Below are positions 33,144 through 42,607 of a stretch of DNA of 52,476 bases, one piece after another. Position numbers and translations under genes: made by a program. The DNA is from an uncultured Flavobacteriaceae bacterium. GTDB lineage: Bacteria; Bacteroidota; Bacteroidia; Flavobacteriales; Flavobacteriaceae. The stretch is from assembly GCA_905380995.1 (NCBI GenBank), contig CAJPUS010000066.1:1-52476 (forward strand), read 5' to 3'. Every line of letters starts with the position of its first letter. The first letter of the stretch is position 1. Below the pieces are notes generated by a model. It did no database searches. It was not told where the DNA came from and saw only the letters and a list, made by a program, of their open reading frames with translations.

Positions 33144-33626
33144 ATGTCCGCTAAATTAACAAGTAATAATCTAATTAGATCTTTAAAAATTGAAAATCCA
33201 GAGAAAATTAAAATTGGATGTGTGGTATCTGAATGGCATAATGAAATTACTGGAAATCTATTTATTGGTGCTAAGAAAAAACTAATGAGATATGGATTAT
33301 TAGAGAAAAATATACATGAAATTAGTGTTCCAGGAAGTTTTGAACTAATTTTTGGAACAAAAACCTTGATTAATAAAGACTATGACGCAATAATATCGAT
33401 TGGTTGTATTATAAAAGGCGAAACAAAACATTTTAATTTTATTTCTTATGCTGTAATTAACGGAATTAAAGATTTAAATATTTTGTCTGATATTCCAATA
33501 ATTCTTTGCGTAACAACCGACAATAATATTCAACAATCTATTAATAGGAGTGGGGGAAAGTTTGGAAATAAAGGTGAAGACTCAGCAGAAGCTGCTCTAA
33601 AAATGATTTTAATTAACTCAAAATAA
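33144..33626 (+). CDS. ribH: 6,7-dimethyl-8-ribityllumazine synthase
   Basis: 160 aa with VPGSFELIFG and GCIIKGETKHFNFIS, typical of RibH. Confidence 0.92.
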   Translation: MSAKLTSNNLIRSLKIENPEKIKIGCVVSEWHNEITGNLFIGAKKKLMRYGLLEKNIHEISVPGSFELIFGTKTLINKDYDAIISIGCIIKGETKHFNFISYAVINGIKDLNILSDIPIILCVTTDNNIQQSINRSGGKFGNKGEDSAEAALKMILINSK

Positions 33627-33634
33627 GTAGCTAT

Positions 33635-33910
33635 TTGTTTAAATTAAATAAACACAGAAGATTCAATTATACACCTAGATATTTTAAAGGCAAGGAAAAT
33701 ATGTCAACTAGCTTTGGATCAAAATTTTCTAAATATAGAGATACACATAATTCAACTGACATTGGGCAAAAGTGGAAAGATGAAAGGCATAAAATGCGAA
33801 ATAGAAAAAATAGAGGAGTTAATATGACGTTAATCCTAGTAATTGTTTTTTTAATTTTGGTATTTTTATATATCATTGATTTTGACCTAACAATTTTCCA
33901 AGTTGATTAA
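33635..33910 (+). CDS. small C-terminally membrane-anchored basic protein (hypothetical)
   Basis: 91 aa with a TTG start per the track. There is an alternative ATG at 33701. It has a basic N-terminus (RRFNYTPRYF) and a C-terminal TM segment LILVIVFLILVFLYII. It occupies the ribH-mutL gap with no spare space. Confidence 0.5.
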   Translation: MFKLNKHRRFNYTPRYFKGKENMSTSFGSKFSKYRDTHNSTDIGQKWKDERHKMRNRKNRGVNMTLILVIVFLILVFLYIIDFDLTIFQVD

Positions 33911-35655
33911 TGCCTGATATAATTAAAATTTTACCAACTGAAGTTTCTAATAAAATTGCTGCAGGTGAAGTAGTTCAAAGACCATCATCTGTTCTTAAAG
34001 AACTTTTGGAGAATTCTATTGATGCAAACTCATCAAAAATTAAAATCGTTATAAAAAATGCTGGTAAAAATTTAATTCAAGTTATTGATGATGGTCAAGG
34101 TATGTCAAGAAATGATATGCATAAATCCTTTGTTAAGCATGCTACCTCAAAAATCAATAAAATCGACGATATATTCTCTATTAATTCAATGGGATTCAGA
34201 GGTGAAGCTTTAGCTGCTATAGCATCCGTTTCAATGATCGAAATGTCTTCTTCAAAAATAAATGAAAATGATGGTTATTTTATTGAAATTAATGGTGGTA
34301 AAATTATTTCTGAAAAAGAAATAATTGGAAATAAAGGTACTTCTATGAAAGTTCAAAATCTTTTTTATAACATCCCAGCACGAAGAAATTTTTTAAAGTC
34401 TGACTTTGTTGAATTAAAGCATATTATTAATGTGTTTAATAACATAGCGTTATCTCATAATAAAATAGAGTTCACATTTATTAATAATGATGAAGAAATC
34501 TTTTATTTAAAAAAAGAGTCACTGAAGAAAAGAATTATATCAATTTTTGGAGAAAAGATTCGCGAAAACTTAGTTCCTGTTAATGAAAATACTCAAATAG
34601 CAAATTTAAATGGATTTATACTTAAACCTGCATTTGCAAAAAAATCTAGATCAAATCAATTTATCTTTGTTAACAATAGGTCTGTTAAAAGTCAATTTAT
34701 CAATCATTCTATTTTCTCTTCTTATGAAGGACTTATAAGAGATGGATATTACCCTGGTTATTTCTTGTTCATTGACATTAACCCTAATAAAATTGATGTT
34801 AATGTACATCCTAATAAAACTGAAGTAAAATTTGATGATGATCAACATTTATACTCTATTATTAATTCAGCAGTTAAGCATTGTCTTGGAATATATCAAG
34901 TAATCCCTGTTTTAGATTTTGAAAAAGACCCATCTATGGATGTTTCATACAATAATGTTAAGTCTATTTCAAAAGTTCCTAGCATAGAGGTTAATTCTGA
35001 ATTTAATCCTTTTCATATTGCAAATGACTTAGAGTTTGAAAATTTATTTTTTAAGAAATCTAAAGATAAGATTGAATCAGATCAAGAGTTTGCAAGTAAA
35101 GATTTCATTAAAATTTTTCAAATATTTAATAAGTTTATTGTAAGTGCAACTACCTCATCTTTAATTATAATTAATCAAAATTTAGCTCATCAAAGAATTT
35201 TATATGAGAGCTTTTTAAAATCTATATTTCAAAAATCTAATTCTCAAAAATTAGTTTTTCCAGTTGAGATAGATTTGACAAAAAGACAATTGTCAATGTT
35301 TAATATGATTGATTCAGAATTTAAATCTCTGGGATTCATATATGAATTAGAAAAAACTTTATTAAAAATATCTTCTGTACCAGATCAATTTAAAAATGAT
35401 TCAATTGAAGAAATAATTGATAATTTTTTAAATTCTGAAAGTGATTTTGATAGTAAAAAAAGTCTTAGCAATTCTGATTTTTTTGCAAAAGCACTTTCAA
35501 AAAGCTTTTCAATTAAAACCGGTCATAAATTAAACTTATCTGAACAAGAGTTTTTAGTAAACCAACTCTTCTCTTGTAAAGAACCTAATTTGTCTCCCGA
35601 CAATAAACAAATATTTATTACATTAAGTAAAAACGATATTGAAAATATATTTTAA
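33910..35655 (+). CDS. mutL: DNA mismatch repair protein MutL
   Basis: 581 aa with GHKL ATPase motifs (AAGEVVQRPSSVLKELLENSIDA, DDGQGM, GFRGEAL). Confidence 0.95.
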   Translation: MPDIIKILPTEVSNKIAAGEVVQRPSSVLKELLENSIDANSSKIKIVIKNAGKNLIQVIDDGQGMSRNDMHKSFVKHATSKINKIDDIFSINSMGFRGEALAAIASVSMIEMSSSKINENDGYFIEINGGKIISEKEIIGNKGTSMKVQNLFYNIPARRNFLKSDFVELKHIINVFNNIALSHNKIEFTFINNDEEIFYLKKESLKKRIISIFGEKIRENLVPVNENTQIANLNGFILKPAFAKKSRSNQFIFVNNRSVKSQFINHSIFSSYEGLIRDGYYPGYFLFIDINPNKIDVNVHPNKTEVKFDDDQHLYSIINSAVKHCLGIYQVIPVLDFEKDPSMDVSYNNVKSISKVPSIEVNSEFNPFHIANDLEFENLFFKKSKDKIESDQEFASKDFIKIFQIFNKFIVSATTSSLIIINQNLAHQRILYESFLKSIFQKSNSQKLVFPVEIDLTKRQLSMFNMIDSEFKSLGFIYELEKTLLKISSVPDQFKNDSIEEIIDNFLNSESDFDSKKSLSNSDFFAKALSKSFSIKTGHKLNLSEQEFLVNQLFSCKEPNLSPDNKQIFITLSKNDIENIF

Positions 35656-36392
35656 TGAACAGAGTTAGTGAAATTGTAAAACATTTAATTATAATCAATG
35701 TAATATTTTTTATTGCCTCCATAGTCTTTGGTGATTTTATGTATGACTTATTTGCTATGCACTATCCAAAAAATCCTGACTTTATTCTTTGGCAGCCAAT
35801 AACTCATATGTTTATGCATGGAGATACTACTCATATACTCTTTAATATGTTTGGTCTATGGATGTTTGGTACTCCTTTAGAACAAATGTGGGGTAAGCAG
35901 AAATTTATATTTTATTATTTATCTGCTGGTTTAGGGGCTGTTCTAATTCAAACGATAGTATACCACTATAATGTAATTTCAGTCACTCAAATTTTGTTAG
36001 ATAATGGTCTTGATGAATTCGATATAAATGCTTTTTATGAAACTGGCAGACTAAATACCTCAATAATTCAATCTATTGGTGAGGAAAAACTATATTCAAG
36101 TATCCAATCATTTAAAGCAGTAATGGTTGGAGCATCTGGTGCATTATATGGAATTTTAGTAGGATTCGCAATGCTTTTCCCTAATGTACAACTTATGCTA
36201 TTATTTCCTCCAATTCCTGTAAAAGCAAAATTGTTAGTACCTCTTTTAATTTTATTTGATTTATTTTTTGGTTTTACATCATACTCGGTAGGACCCATCG
36301 CTCACTTTGCTCACATAGGTGGTGCAATTACAGGATTTGTTATGATGTGGTATTGGAAAAAAAATCAGTTTAATAATAAAAGATGGAATTAG
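35655..36392 (+). CDS. rhomboid-family intramembrane serine protease
   Basis: 245 aa with HMFMHGDTTHILFNM, the catalytic GASGALYG, and AHIGGAITG. Confidence 0.9.
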   Translation: MNRVSEIVKHLIIINVIFFIASIVFGDFMYDLFAMHYPKNPDFILWQPITHMFMHGDTTHILFNMFGLWMFGTPLEQMWGKQKFIFYYLSAGLGAVLIQTIVYHYNVISVTQILLDNGLDEFDINAFYETGRLNTSIIQSIGEEKLYSSIQSFKAVMVGASGALYGILVGFAMLFPNVQLMLLFPPIPVKAKLLVPLLILFDLFFGFTSYSVGPIAHFAHIGGAITGFVMMWYWKKNQFNNKRWN

Positions 36393-37183
36393 GTTATAAA
36401 TACTTTATTAATCAGCCCACTTTTAAGAAAATTATTATAATAAATATTATAATTTTTTTACTTCCCCTTGTATCTAACACCTTCTTATTCTTATTTAATT
36501 TAAAACAAATTAATGTTATTAAATATTTTGATCTTCATCCAAATTTTGACCAAATTATAATGAGTCCTTGGACTATTATAAGTTATTCATTCTTTCATTT
36601 AGATTTCTTCCATATTTTTTGGAATATGTTAATTTTATATTTAGTATCAGATTATTTCCTATCATTTTTAAATAATAAAAAGTTTCTTGAAATATACTTT
36701 TATGGCGCTGTTTCTGGTGGCTTATTATTTATTTTTAGTTATAATATTTTTCCAGCTTTTGAAAATTCTTTTTCTCCTTTAATTGGTTCATCAGCGGCTG
36801 TCTATTCACTTCTTATATTTGTATGCTCATACTATCCAAATACAAGTATTAATCTTATTTTTTTTAATGTTAAGTTAAGGAACCTGGGGTTGTTTTATGT
36901 TATTTTAAGTCTAATACAGATTCCATTTAATAACGCAGGTGGCAATATAGCACATTTGGGAGGAGCTATATATGGATTTTACTATGCAAAAAATTTCAAT
37001 AAGACAAATTCAGCTCTAAATATTTTATTGAACAGCTTAAATAAATTTAAAATGAAATCTAACCATAAAATTGATAATCAAAATGAAATTGATAAAATAC
37101 TTGATAAAATAAGTAGATCTGGATATGAAAGCTTATCAAAAAAAGAAAAGGAGTTTCTCTTTAAAAATTCCAATAAAAATTAA
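36383..37183 (+). CDS. rhomboid-family intramembrane serine protease with cytoplasmic C-terminal tail
   Basis: 266 aa with FFHLDFFHIFWNM, GSSAAVYS and AHLGGAIYG. The tail reads EIDKILDKISRSGYESLSKKEKEFLF. Confidence 0.8.
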   Translation: MELGYKYFINQPTFKKIIIINIIIFLLPLVSNTFLFLFNLKQINVIKYFDLHPNFDQIIMSPWTIISYSFFHLDFFHIFWNMLILYLVSDYFLSFLNNKKFLEIYFYGAVSGGLLFIFSYNIFPAFENSFSPLIGSSAAVYSLLIFVCSYYPNTSINLIFFNVKLRNLGLFYVILSLIQIPFNNAGGNIAHLGGAIYGFYYAKNFNKTNSALNILLNSLNKFKMKSNHKIDNQNEIDKILDKISRSGYESLSKKEKEFLFKNSNKN

Positions 37184-38871
37184 ACTTTTTTTCTACTTCT
37201 TTTAATAATGACAAAGACTTGCCAGGCAACTATGATAAATAAAAAATGTGGAAGATATGATTTTGATTCACCATCAAGGCCAATTGTCGTGAAAACTCTA
37301 TCCCATCTAAATTTCCAATTACTTAATCCGTTAAAAAGGCCATCAATACTCATCCAAATAAAAACAGGTTTGCCTAATACATGATCAAAAGGGACAAAGC
37401 CCCATACTCTCGAATCTTCAGAGTTATAACGATTATCTCCCATCATCCAATAATAATCTTGTTTAAAAATGTATTCATTTGATATTTTATCATTTATATA
37501 AATTTTATTATCATTTATATAAATTTTATTATTCTCGTAATCTTTAATTACTTTCTTATAAATGGGTAAATTTCCAATATTCAACTTAATTTTATCACCA
37601 GCCTTAGGAATATATATTGGACCTAATTGATCATTATTCCAATTAAATCTTCTATTACCAGGAAAGAATATTGAATTGTTAACGTTTAATTTATCCACTA
37701 ATCTAAATATAGTATCAAATTCGTTAGAATTTCTAATTTTGTTTGCATCATCAAAAGTCAGGCTTAATTCTTTTTCATTATCTATTATTTCTCTGATATC
37801 TAGGCTTAGCTCTCTTACTTTGTTAATTGGTATTCCCTCATCATTAGTATAAATAAGATATTCATTTTCATTAGTATTCGAAATACTCAAAATATTATCG
37901 TTTAAAATATTAAATGATTCCTGAGATAAATTTCTAATTACAAATTTTCTAATAAATCCATCAATTTTAAGATTTTTGAGCTTGTTTGAAGAAATTCCTC
38001 CTTTTGAGTTAATTTTAAATTTATATAATGGTTGAGCCCTTTCGGGTAATTTATTTTCCTCTCCATTTAAATATACCACTCCATCTTTAATTTCTAAAGA
38101 GTCTCCTGGAACACCAATTGCTCTTTTAACATAATTAGACTTTTTATCTCTTGGTTTGATTACCCCTTTTTCTTTTACAAAAAACTTTCTAACTGTATCT
38201 GCTGGCCAATTAAATACTACAATATCATTATTTTTTATTTCTTGAAACCCCGGTATTCTGATATATGGAAGCTGAGGACTTTTCAGATAAGATCTGGTTT
38301 TCAATATTGGTATAGTATCGTGAACCATAGGAAAAGAAATAACAGTTGATGGTATTCTTGCTCCATAATGAAACTTGCTAACTAATAGAAAGTCACCAAC
38401 TCTCAATGTTTTTTCAAGTGAACCGGTTGGTATTACAAATGGTTGAAGAAAATAATTATGAACAATAGTTGCAATTACGACAGCAAATACAAGTGATCCA
38501 ACAGATTTCTCAAAATTTGAGAATGAGATGTCATCCAAATATTTTGTTTTTTTACTTATGTAACTAATATAATAGACATAAAGCCCCAAAGTTAATATGG
38601 TTAAAACTCTATCAAGTTTTGAATTGTGATTAAATCTTTTAACAAACTCTATCCAAATAACTGGAATCATTAAAAGATTTATTACTGGTATAAATACTAA
38701 AATAATCCACCATTTAGGTCTATTTATTATCTCAAGATGTTTTATAATATTATAAATAGGAACTATAGACTTCCAGCCAGGAATTCTTGCTAGTTTAAAA
38801 AGTTTTTGAGAACCACCATATATTACCAGGTTGTAAGATAGAAAAAAGAGTATCCATTCAGTCATGTTCAT
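37180..38871 (-). CDS. lepB: signal peptidase I with long N-terminal membrane extension
   Basis: 563 aa with the catalytic Ser box IPTGSLEKTL, the Lys box YVKRAIGVPGD, and GDNRYNSEDSR. The N-terminal about 110 aa (GWKSIVPIYNIIKHLEIINRPKWWIILVFIPVINL) resemble DUF5684. Confidence 0.9.
   Translation of the reverse strand: MNMTEWILFFLSYNLVIYGGSQKLFKLARIPGWKSIVPIYNIIKHLEIINRPKWWIILVFIPVINLLMIPVIWIEFVKRFNHNSKLDRVLTILTLGLYVYYISYISKKTKYLDDISFSNFEKSVGSLVFAVVIATIVHNYFLQPFVIPTGSLEKTLRVGDFLLVSKFHYGARIPSTVISFPMVHDTIPILKTRSYLKSPQLPYIRIPGFQEIKNNDIVVFNWPADTVRKFFVKEKGVIKPRDKKSNYVKRAIGVPGDSLEIKDGVVYLNGEENKLPERAQPLYKFKINSKGGISSNKLKNLKIDGFIRKFVIRNLSQESFNILNDNILSISNTNENEYLIYTNDEGIPINKVRELSLDIREIIDNEKELSLTFDDANKIRNSNEFDTIFRLVDKLNVNNSIFFPGNRRFNWNNDQLGPIYIPKAGDKIKLNIGNLPIYKKVIKDYENNKIYINDNKIYINDKISNEYIFKQDYYWMMGDNRYNSEDSRVWGFVPFDHVLGKPVFIWMSIDGLFNGLSNWKFRWDRVFTTIGLDGESKSYLPHFLFIIVAWQVFVIIKRSRKKV
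37490..37531. repeat. perfect 21-bp in-frame tandem duplication inside lepB (encodes NKIYIND twice)
   Basis: TCATTTATATAAATTTTATTA occurs at 37490-37510 and again at 37511-37531, read directly from the sequence. Confidence 0.95.
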
Positions 38872-38872
38872 A

Positions 38873-39430
38873 TTAATCTAAATCAATTTTAAATTTAATT
38901 CCTGCACTTTGAGAAAAATCAAAATAATTATTTTCAATATATGGCTCAAATGAAAGATCCTCATTAACATTAAATTGAATTAAATGTGCTCCTACATTTG
39001 CGTCAATGATGTTTAATACATAGGTACCAACTAGAAACATAAATGAGAAGTCTTTATACCTTCTATGAAACTTCATTCCTTCAAGTAATTTCTCATTTTC
39101 AGGGATTATTTCGGTATACTCGTCATCAAAATATCCAGCAAGTCTTCTTTTATATGCAGTTCTATATTTTTTCATCTCTTTGTTATTGTAATTATAGTAA
39201 TATGCAGAAGCACCCAAACCTCCATAAATTATAGGAATCATCCAATATCTTCTAGTATATATTTGACCTAGGCCAGGAATTACAGCTGAGTAAAAAGCAG
39301 CTTTTGAGGGAGTAAGTGGGTCATTAATTAATTTTAATTTTTTTGGACTAATAAAAGTTGAATCCGTTACATTTTGAGCACTTAAATTTAGAGAATAAAA
39401 ATAGATTAGCAAATAAATTAATTTTCTCAA
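38873..39430 (-). CDS. DUF5683 domain protein
   Basis: 185 aa with a signal peptide and KAAFYSAVIPGLGQIYTRRYWMIPIIYGG, typical of DUF5683. It sits next to parB, as in many Bacteroidota. Confidence 0.72.
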   Translation of the reverse strand: MRKLIYLLIYFYSLNLSAQNVTDSTFISPKKLKLINDPLTPSKAAFYSAVIPGLGQIYTRRYWMIPIIYGGLGASAYYYNYNNKEMKKYRTAYKRRLAGYFDDEYTEIIPENEKLLEGMKFHRRYKDFSFMFLVGTYVLNIIDANVGAHLIQFNVNEDLSFEPYIENNYFDFSQSAGIKFKIDLD

Positions 39431-40305
39431 TTTGATATTTTTTTTAAAATTGAGTACAAAACATTAATACTTTCAAAACTGGTAGATAGAGTAACTTTGC
39501 CTTTAGTATTTTCTTTTAGGATTACTTTTGAATTAAAAATCTTCTCAAATTTGTTCGTAGCATCAATGTAAATTTTTGATACATCTGTTATTGAATTATT
39601 TGATTTAATTAAACTATTTCTTCTTACAATATTTTCAGTTTGTCTTACAGATAATTTTAATGATATTATTTGTTTATATATTTCAATTTGTAATTTTTTA
39701 TCATAAATATTTATAAGAGCTCTGCCGTGAGCCATACTTAAAAAACCATCTCTTATTCCTGATTGAATAATTGGATCAAGTTTTAGAAGTCGTATATAAT
39801 TTGTTATTGTTGACCTATCTTTACCTACAAGCCTTGATATACTAACAGCATTTAAATCGTACTCACTAATCAGTCTTTCGTATGTTAGTGCAATTTCTAT
39901 TGGATCAAGATCAACTCTCTGAATATTTTCTACTAATGACATTTTTAACAAATCAGTTTCATTGTCTATAGGTTTTATATAGCAAGGAATTGATTTTAAA
40001 TTAGCTATTTTTGAAGCACGAAATCTCCTTTCTCCAGAAATAATTTCATACTTATTATCATTGATTCTTCTGACTGTAATTGGCTGTATTATTCCAATTT
40101 CTTTAATTGAAATAACAAGATTCTCAATTTCATTAGTATCAAAATTAGTTCTTGGTTGATTTGGATTAACTTGAATCTTATCTAATGATAATTGTAAGCT
40201 ATTTATATTTTTTTTTCTATTATTTGATATATCACTAACATTAGAATCACCTAGTAGTGCATCAAGACCTCTTCCAAGTACTTTTTTTTCTTTTTTTTCA
40301 GACAT
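39427..40305 (-). CDS. parB: chromosome partitioning protein ParB
   Basis: 292 aa with PNQPRTNF, GIIQPITVR and ISGERRFRAS, plus an HTH region. Confidence 0.93.
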   Translation of the reverse strand: MSEKKEKKVLGRGLDALLGDSNVSDISNNRKKNINSLQLSLDKIQVNPNQPRTNFDTNEIENLVISIKEIGIIQPITVRRINDNKYEIISGERRFRASKIANLKSIPCYIKPIDNETDLLKMSLVENIQRVDLDPIEIALTYERLISEYDLNAVSISRLVGKDRSTITNYIRLLKLDPIIQSGIRDGFLSMAHGRALINIYDKKLQIEIYKQIISLKLSVRQTENIVRRNSLIKSNNSITDVSKIYIDATNKFEKIFNSKVILKENTKGKVTLSTSFESINVLYSILKKISN

Positions 40306-41069
40306 TAATTTTTATTTAAAATTTCGTCGGCTAAAGAAAGATAATTTTTTGTTCCTTTTGATGTGACATCATAAGTAATAATATCTTTTCCAAATCCAGG
40401 AGCTTCACCTAATTTAATGTTTCTTTGAATAATAGTATCGAATACAATTTCTCCAAAATGTTTTCTAACCTCCTCAACAACTTGGTTTGAGAGTCTCAGT
40501 CTTGTGTCAAACATTGTGAGTAGTATTCCTTCAATTTCTAAGTCTTCATTATGTACCTTTTGAATACTTTTAATTGTATTTAATAATTTACCAAGTCCCT
40601 CTAGAGCAAAATATTCGCACTGAATAGGAATTAATACTGAGTCAGAGCTTGTAAGTGCATTAAGAGTAATAAGACCAAGTGATGGTGCACAATCTATAAT
40701 TATGTAATCATAATTATCTTTTATTTCAATGATTTTTTCCTTAAGTCTATGCTCCCTGGCATCTTGATCAACTAGTTCTATTTCAATACCAACAAGATCG
40801 ATACTAGACTGTATTATATCAAGATTAGGTGATTCACTCTTTTTAATAACCTCAGAAATATTTTTTGCTCCATACAAAACTTGATATAGAGATAGATCTT
40901 TTTTGTTAGGATCAAAACCTAATCCAGATGAAGCATTAGCTTGAGGGTCAGCATCTATAAGTAATACTTTTTTTTCCAAAACACCTAACGCAGCTGAGAG
41001 ATTAACTGTAGTTGTTGTCTTCCCAACGCCACCTTTTTGATTAGCAATTGAAATTATTTTACCCATCAT
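40305..41069 (-). CDS. parA: chromosome partitioning ATPase ParA/Soj
   Basis: 254 aa with the deviant Walker A NQKGGVGKTT and DCAPSLG. Confidence 0.95.
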   Translation of the reverse strand: MMGKIISIANQKGGVGKTTTTVNLSAALGVLEKKVLLIDADPQANASSGLGFDPNKKDLSLYQVLYGAKNISEVIKKSESPNLDIIQSSIDLVGIEIELVDQDAREHRLKEKIIEIKDNYDYIIIDCAPSLGLITLNALTSSDSVLIPIQCEYFALEGLGKLLNTIKSIQKVHNEDLEIEGILLTMFDTRLRLSNQVVEEVRKHFGEIVFDTIIQRNIKLGEAPGFGKDIITYDVTSKGTKNYLSLADEILNKN

Positions 41070-41387
41070 TTATTTGTTTTTCGATTGAAACTCAATAATA
41101 AATATATCTTCGTTTTCTTTTTTCAAGTTATATTTTTCTCTACCATAATGTTCAAGACTATCTATATTATCGAGTTTATTTATAAGTGATTTGTCCTTGA
41201 CAATCTCTTCCGTCAGAGCATCTCTTTTGTTTTTAAGTTTTTTTATTTCTCTATTTAATTCTGCATGAATTAATAATGAGTTAGTATCTAAAAAAGTCAT
41301 CCAGACTAAAAAAGCAACAGAGACAATTAAATATTTAAAAAAAGATTTTTTTATTAAAACTTTTAGTTTTAAAAAAATGTTGTTCAT
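41070..41387 (-). CDS. FtsB/DivIC-like septum formation initiator
   Basis: 105 aa with one TM segment followed by a coiled coil (ELNREIKKLKNKRDALTEEI). Confidence 0.65.
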   Translation of the reverse strand: MNNIFLKLKVLIKKSFFKYLIVSVAFLVWMTFLDTNSLLIHAELNREIKKLKNKRDALTEEIVKDKSLINKLDNIDSLEHYGREKYNLKKENEDIFIIEFQSKNK

Positions 41388-41406
41388 TAGTTTAAAGTAT
41401 CATTTT

Positions 41407-42561
41407 TTACAAGTTAGAAGGAACAATTTTAAAAATACCTTTATCTTCAATTCCAACATATAGATATCCATCTGGTCCTTGAACAACTTCTCTTACTCTT
41501 CCAAATTTATCTAATAGTTTTTCTCTTTTATATACATAGCCTTTTACAAATTGAATTCTCTCTAAATAACGATATCTAAGAGATCCAACAAAAATATCTC
41601 CTCGCCAACTATCATATATGTCTGAGGTAAGCATAGTCATGCCAGATGGAGCAATAGATGGAGTCCAAAAATATAACGGTGATTCTGTACCCTCTAATGA
41701 TGTAAGGTCTGTAAAAGTTGTTCCATTATAATTAATACCATATGAGACAATTGGCCAACCATAATTTCTCGATAAAATCAGATCATCTCTCATGTTATCT
41801 TTTTCACTAATAACATTTATTTCATCTCCACCTCTTGGACCATGTTCATGTATAATTATTTCTCCAGGTTCATTTCCAAATATAATCCCTTGAGGATTCC
41901 TATGTCCATAACTCCATACAGCTTTTTTTGCATTTTTTATATTGTAAAATGGATTATCCTCTGGTACTGTTCCATCAAGATGTAGTCTATATAATTTACC
42001 ACCATCTTTTGTAAGATCCTGAGGATATATATCTCTTCCACCTCTATCTCCAACTGTAAAATACACATATTTTTCATCCAAAAGTATTTTACCACCATAA
42101 TGTCTTGAAAGATTCGTATCAGGACTTGCCTTATATAACAATTTAATATTTTTGATTTCAAAATCTTCATAATTAGCACTATATAATGCAGTATTCGATT
42201 TTACTGAATTTGATGAGCTATTACTTGTTGTGAAAAATATTCTTTTATTAATTTCAAAATTTTTATCAACTTCAATATCGAGTAAACCGCCTTGTTTATT
42301 AAAAACAACCTCAGGAACACCTTTGATAGGGGTTTTTTTGTTGTCACTCACATGATACATTATCCCTTTTTTATCAGTAACTAGAATTTCATTTTCATTA
42401 ATGAATGATATACCCCAAGGAATGTCAATACCGTCAACTATCTTTTCAAGATATATTTTAGATTCATCACCTAATTCAATTAAGGGTGGATTTTCAGATT
42501 GAGCACACGAAAAATTTGTGTACATGAACATTGTTACTAAATAAATTTGTAGATTTTTCAT
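41407..42561 (-). CDS. PQQ-dependent sugar (aldose/sorbosone) dehydrogenase, beta-propeller
   Basis: 384 aa with a signal peptide and GGLLDIEVD, HYGGKILLD, SYGHRNPQGI, EHGPRGGDE and NYGWP. Confidence 0.85.
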   Translation of the reverse strand: MKNLQIYLVTMFMYTNFSCAQSENPPLIELGDESKIYLEKIVDGIDIPWGISFINENEILVTDKKGIMYHVSDNKKTPIKGVPEVVFNKQGGLLDIEVDKNFEINKRIFFTTSNSSSNSVKSNTALYSANYEDFEIKNIKLLYKASPDTNLSRHYGGKILLDEKYVYFTVGDRGGRDIYPQDLTKDGGKLYRLHLDGTVPEDNPFYNIKNAKKAVWSYGHRNPQGIIFGNEPGEIIIHEHGPRGGDEINVISEKDNMRDDLILSRNYGWPIVSYGINYNGTTFTDLTSLEGTESPLYFWTPSIAPSGMTMLTSDIYDSWRGDIFVGSLRYRYLERIQFVKGYVYKREKLLDKFGRVREVVQGPDGYLYVGIEDKGIFKIVPSNL

Positions 42562-42607
42562 AATTAATTCGAATTTAAAATAATTTAATCACTCATTAAA
42601 GTTTTTT

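Noticed and set aside
39427-41069. Search for parS (TGTTNCACGTGAAACA-type) sites in and around parAB, and for a replication-origin-like DnaA-box cluster near recF/parAB.
   Set aside because: No 16-bp parS-like palindrome was found by eye anywhere in the window. CACGTG occurs once, at about 28628, in an unrelated context inside the PPIase gene. The only DnaA-box-like 9-mer noticed (TTATCCACT, 37691-37699) is single and inside lepB. No box cluster exists.
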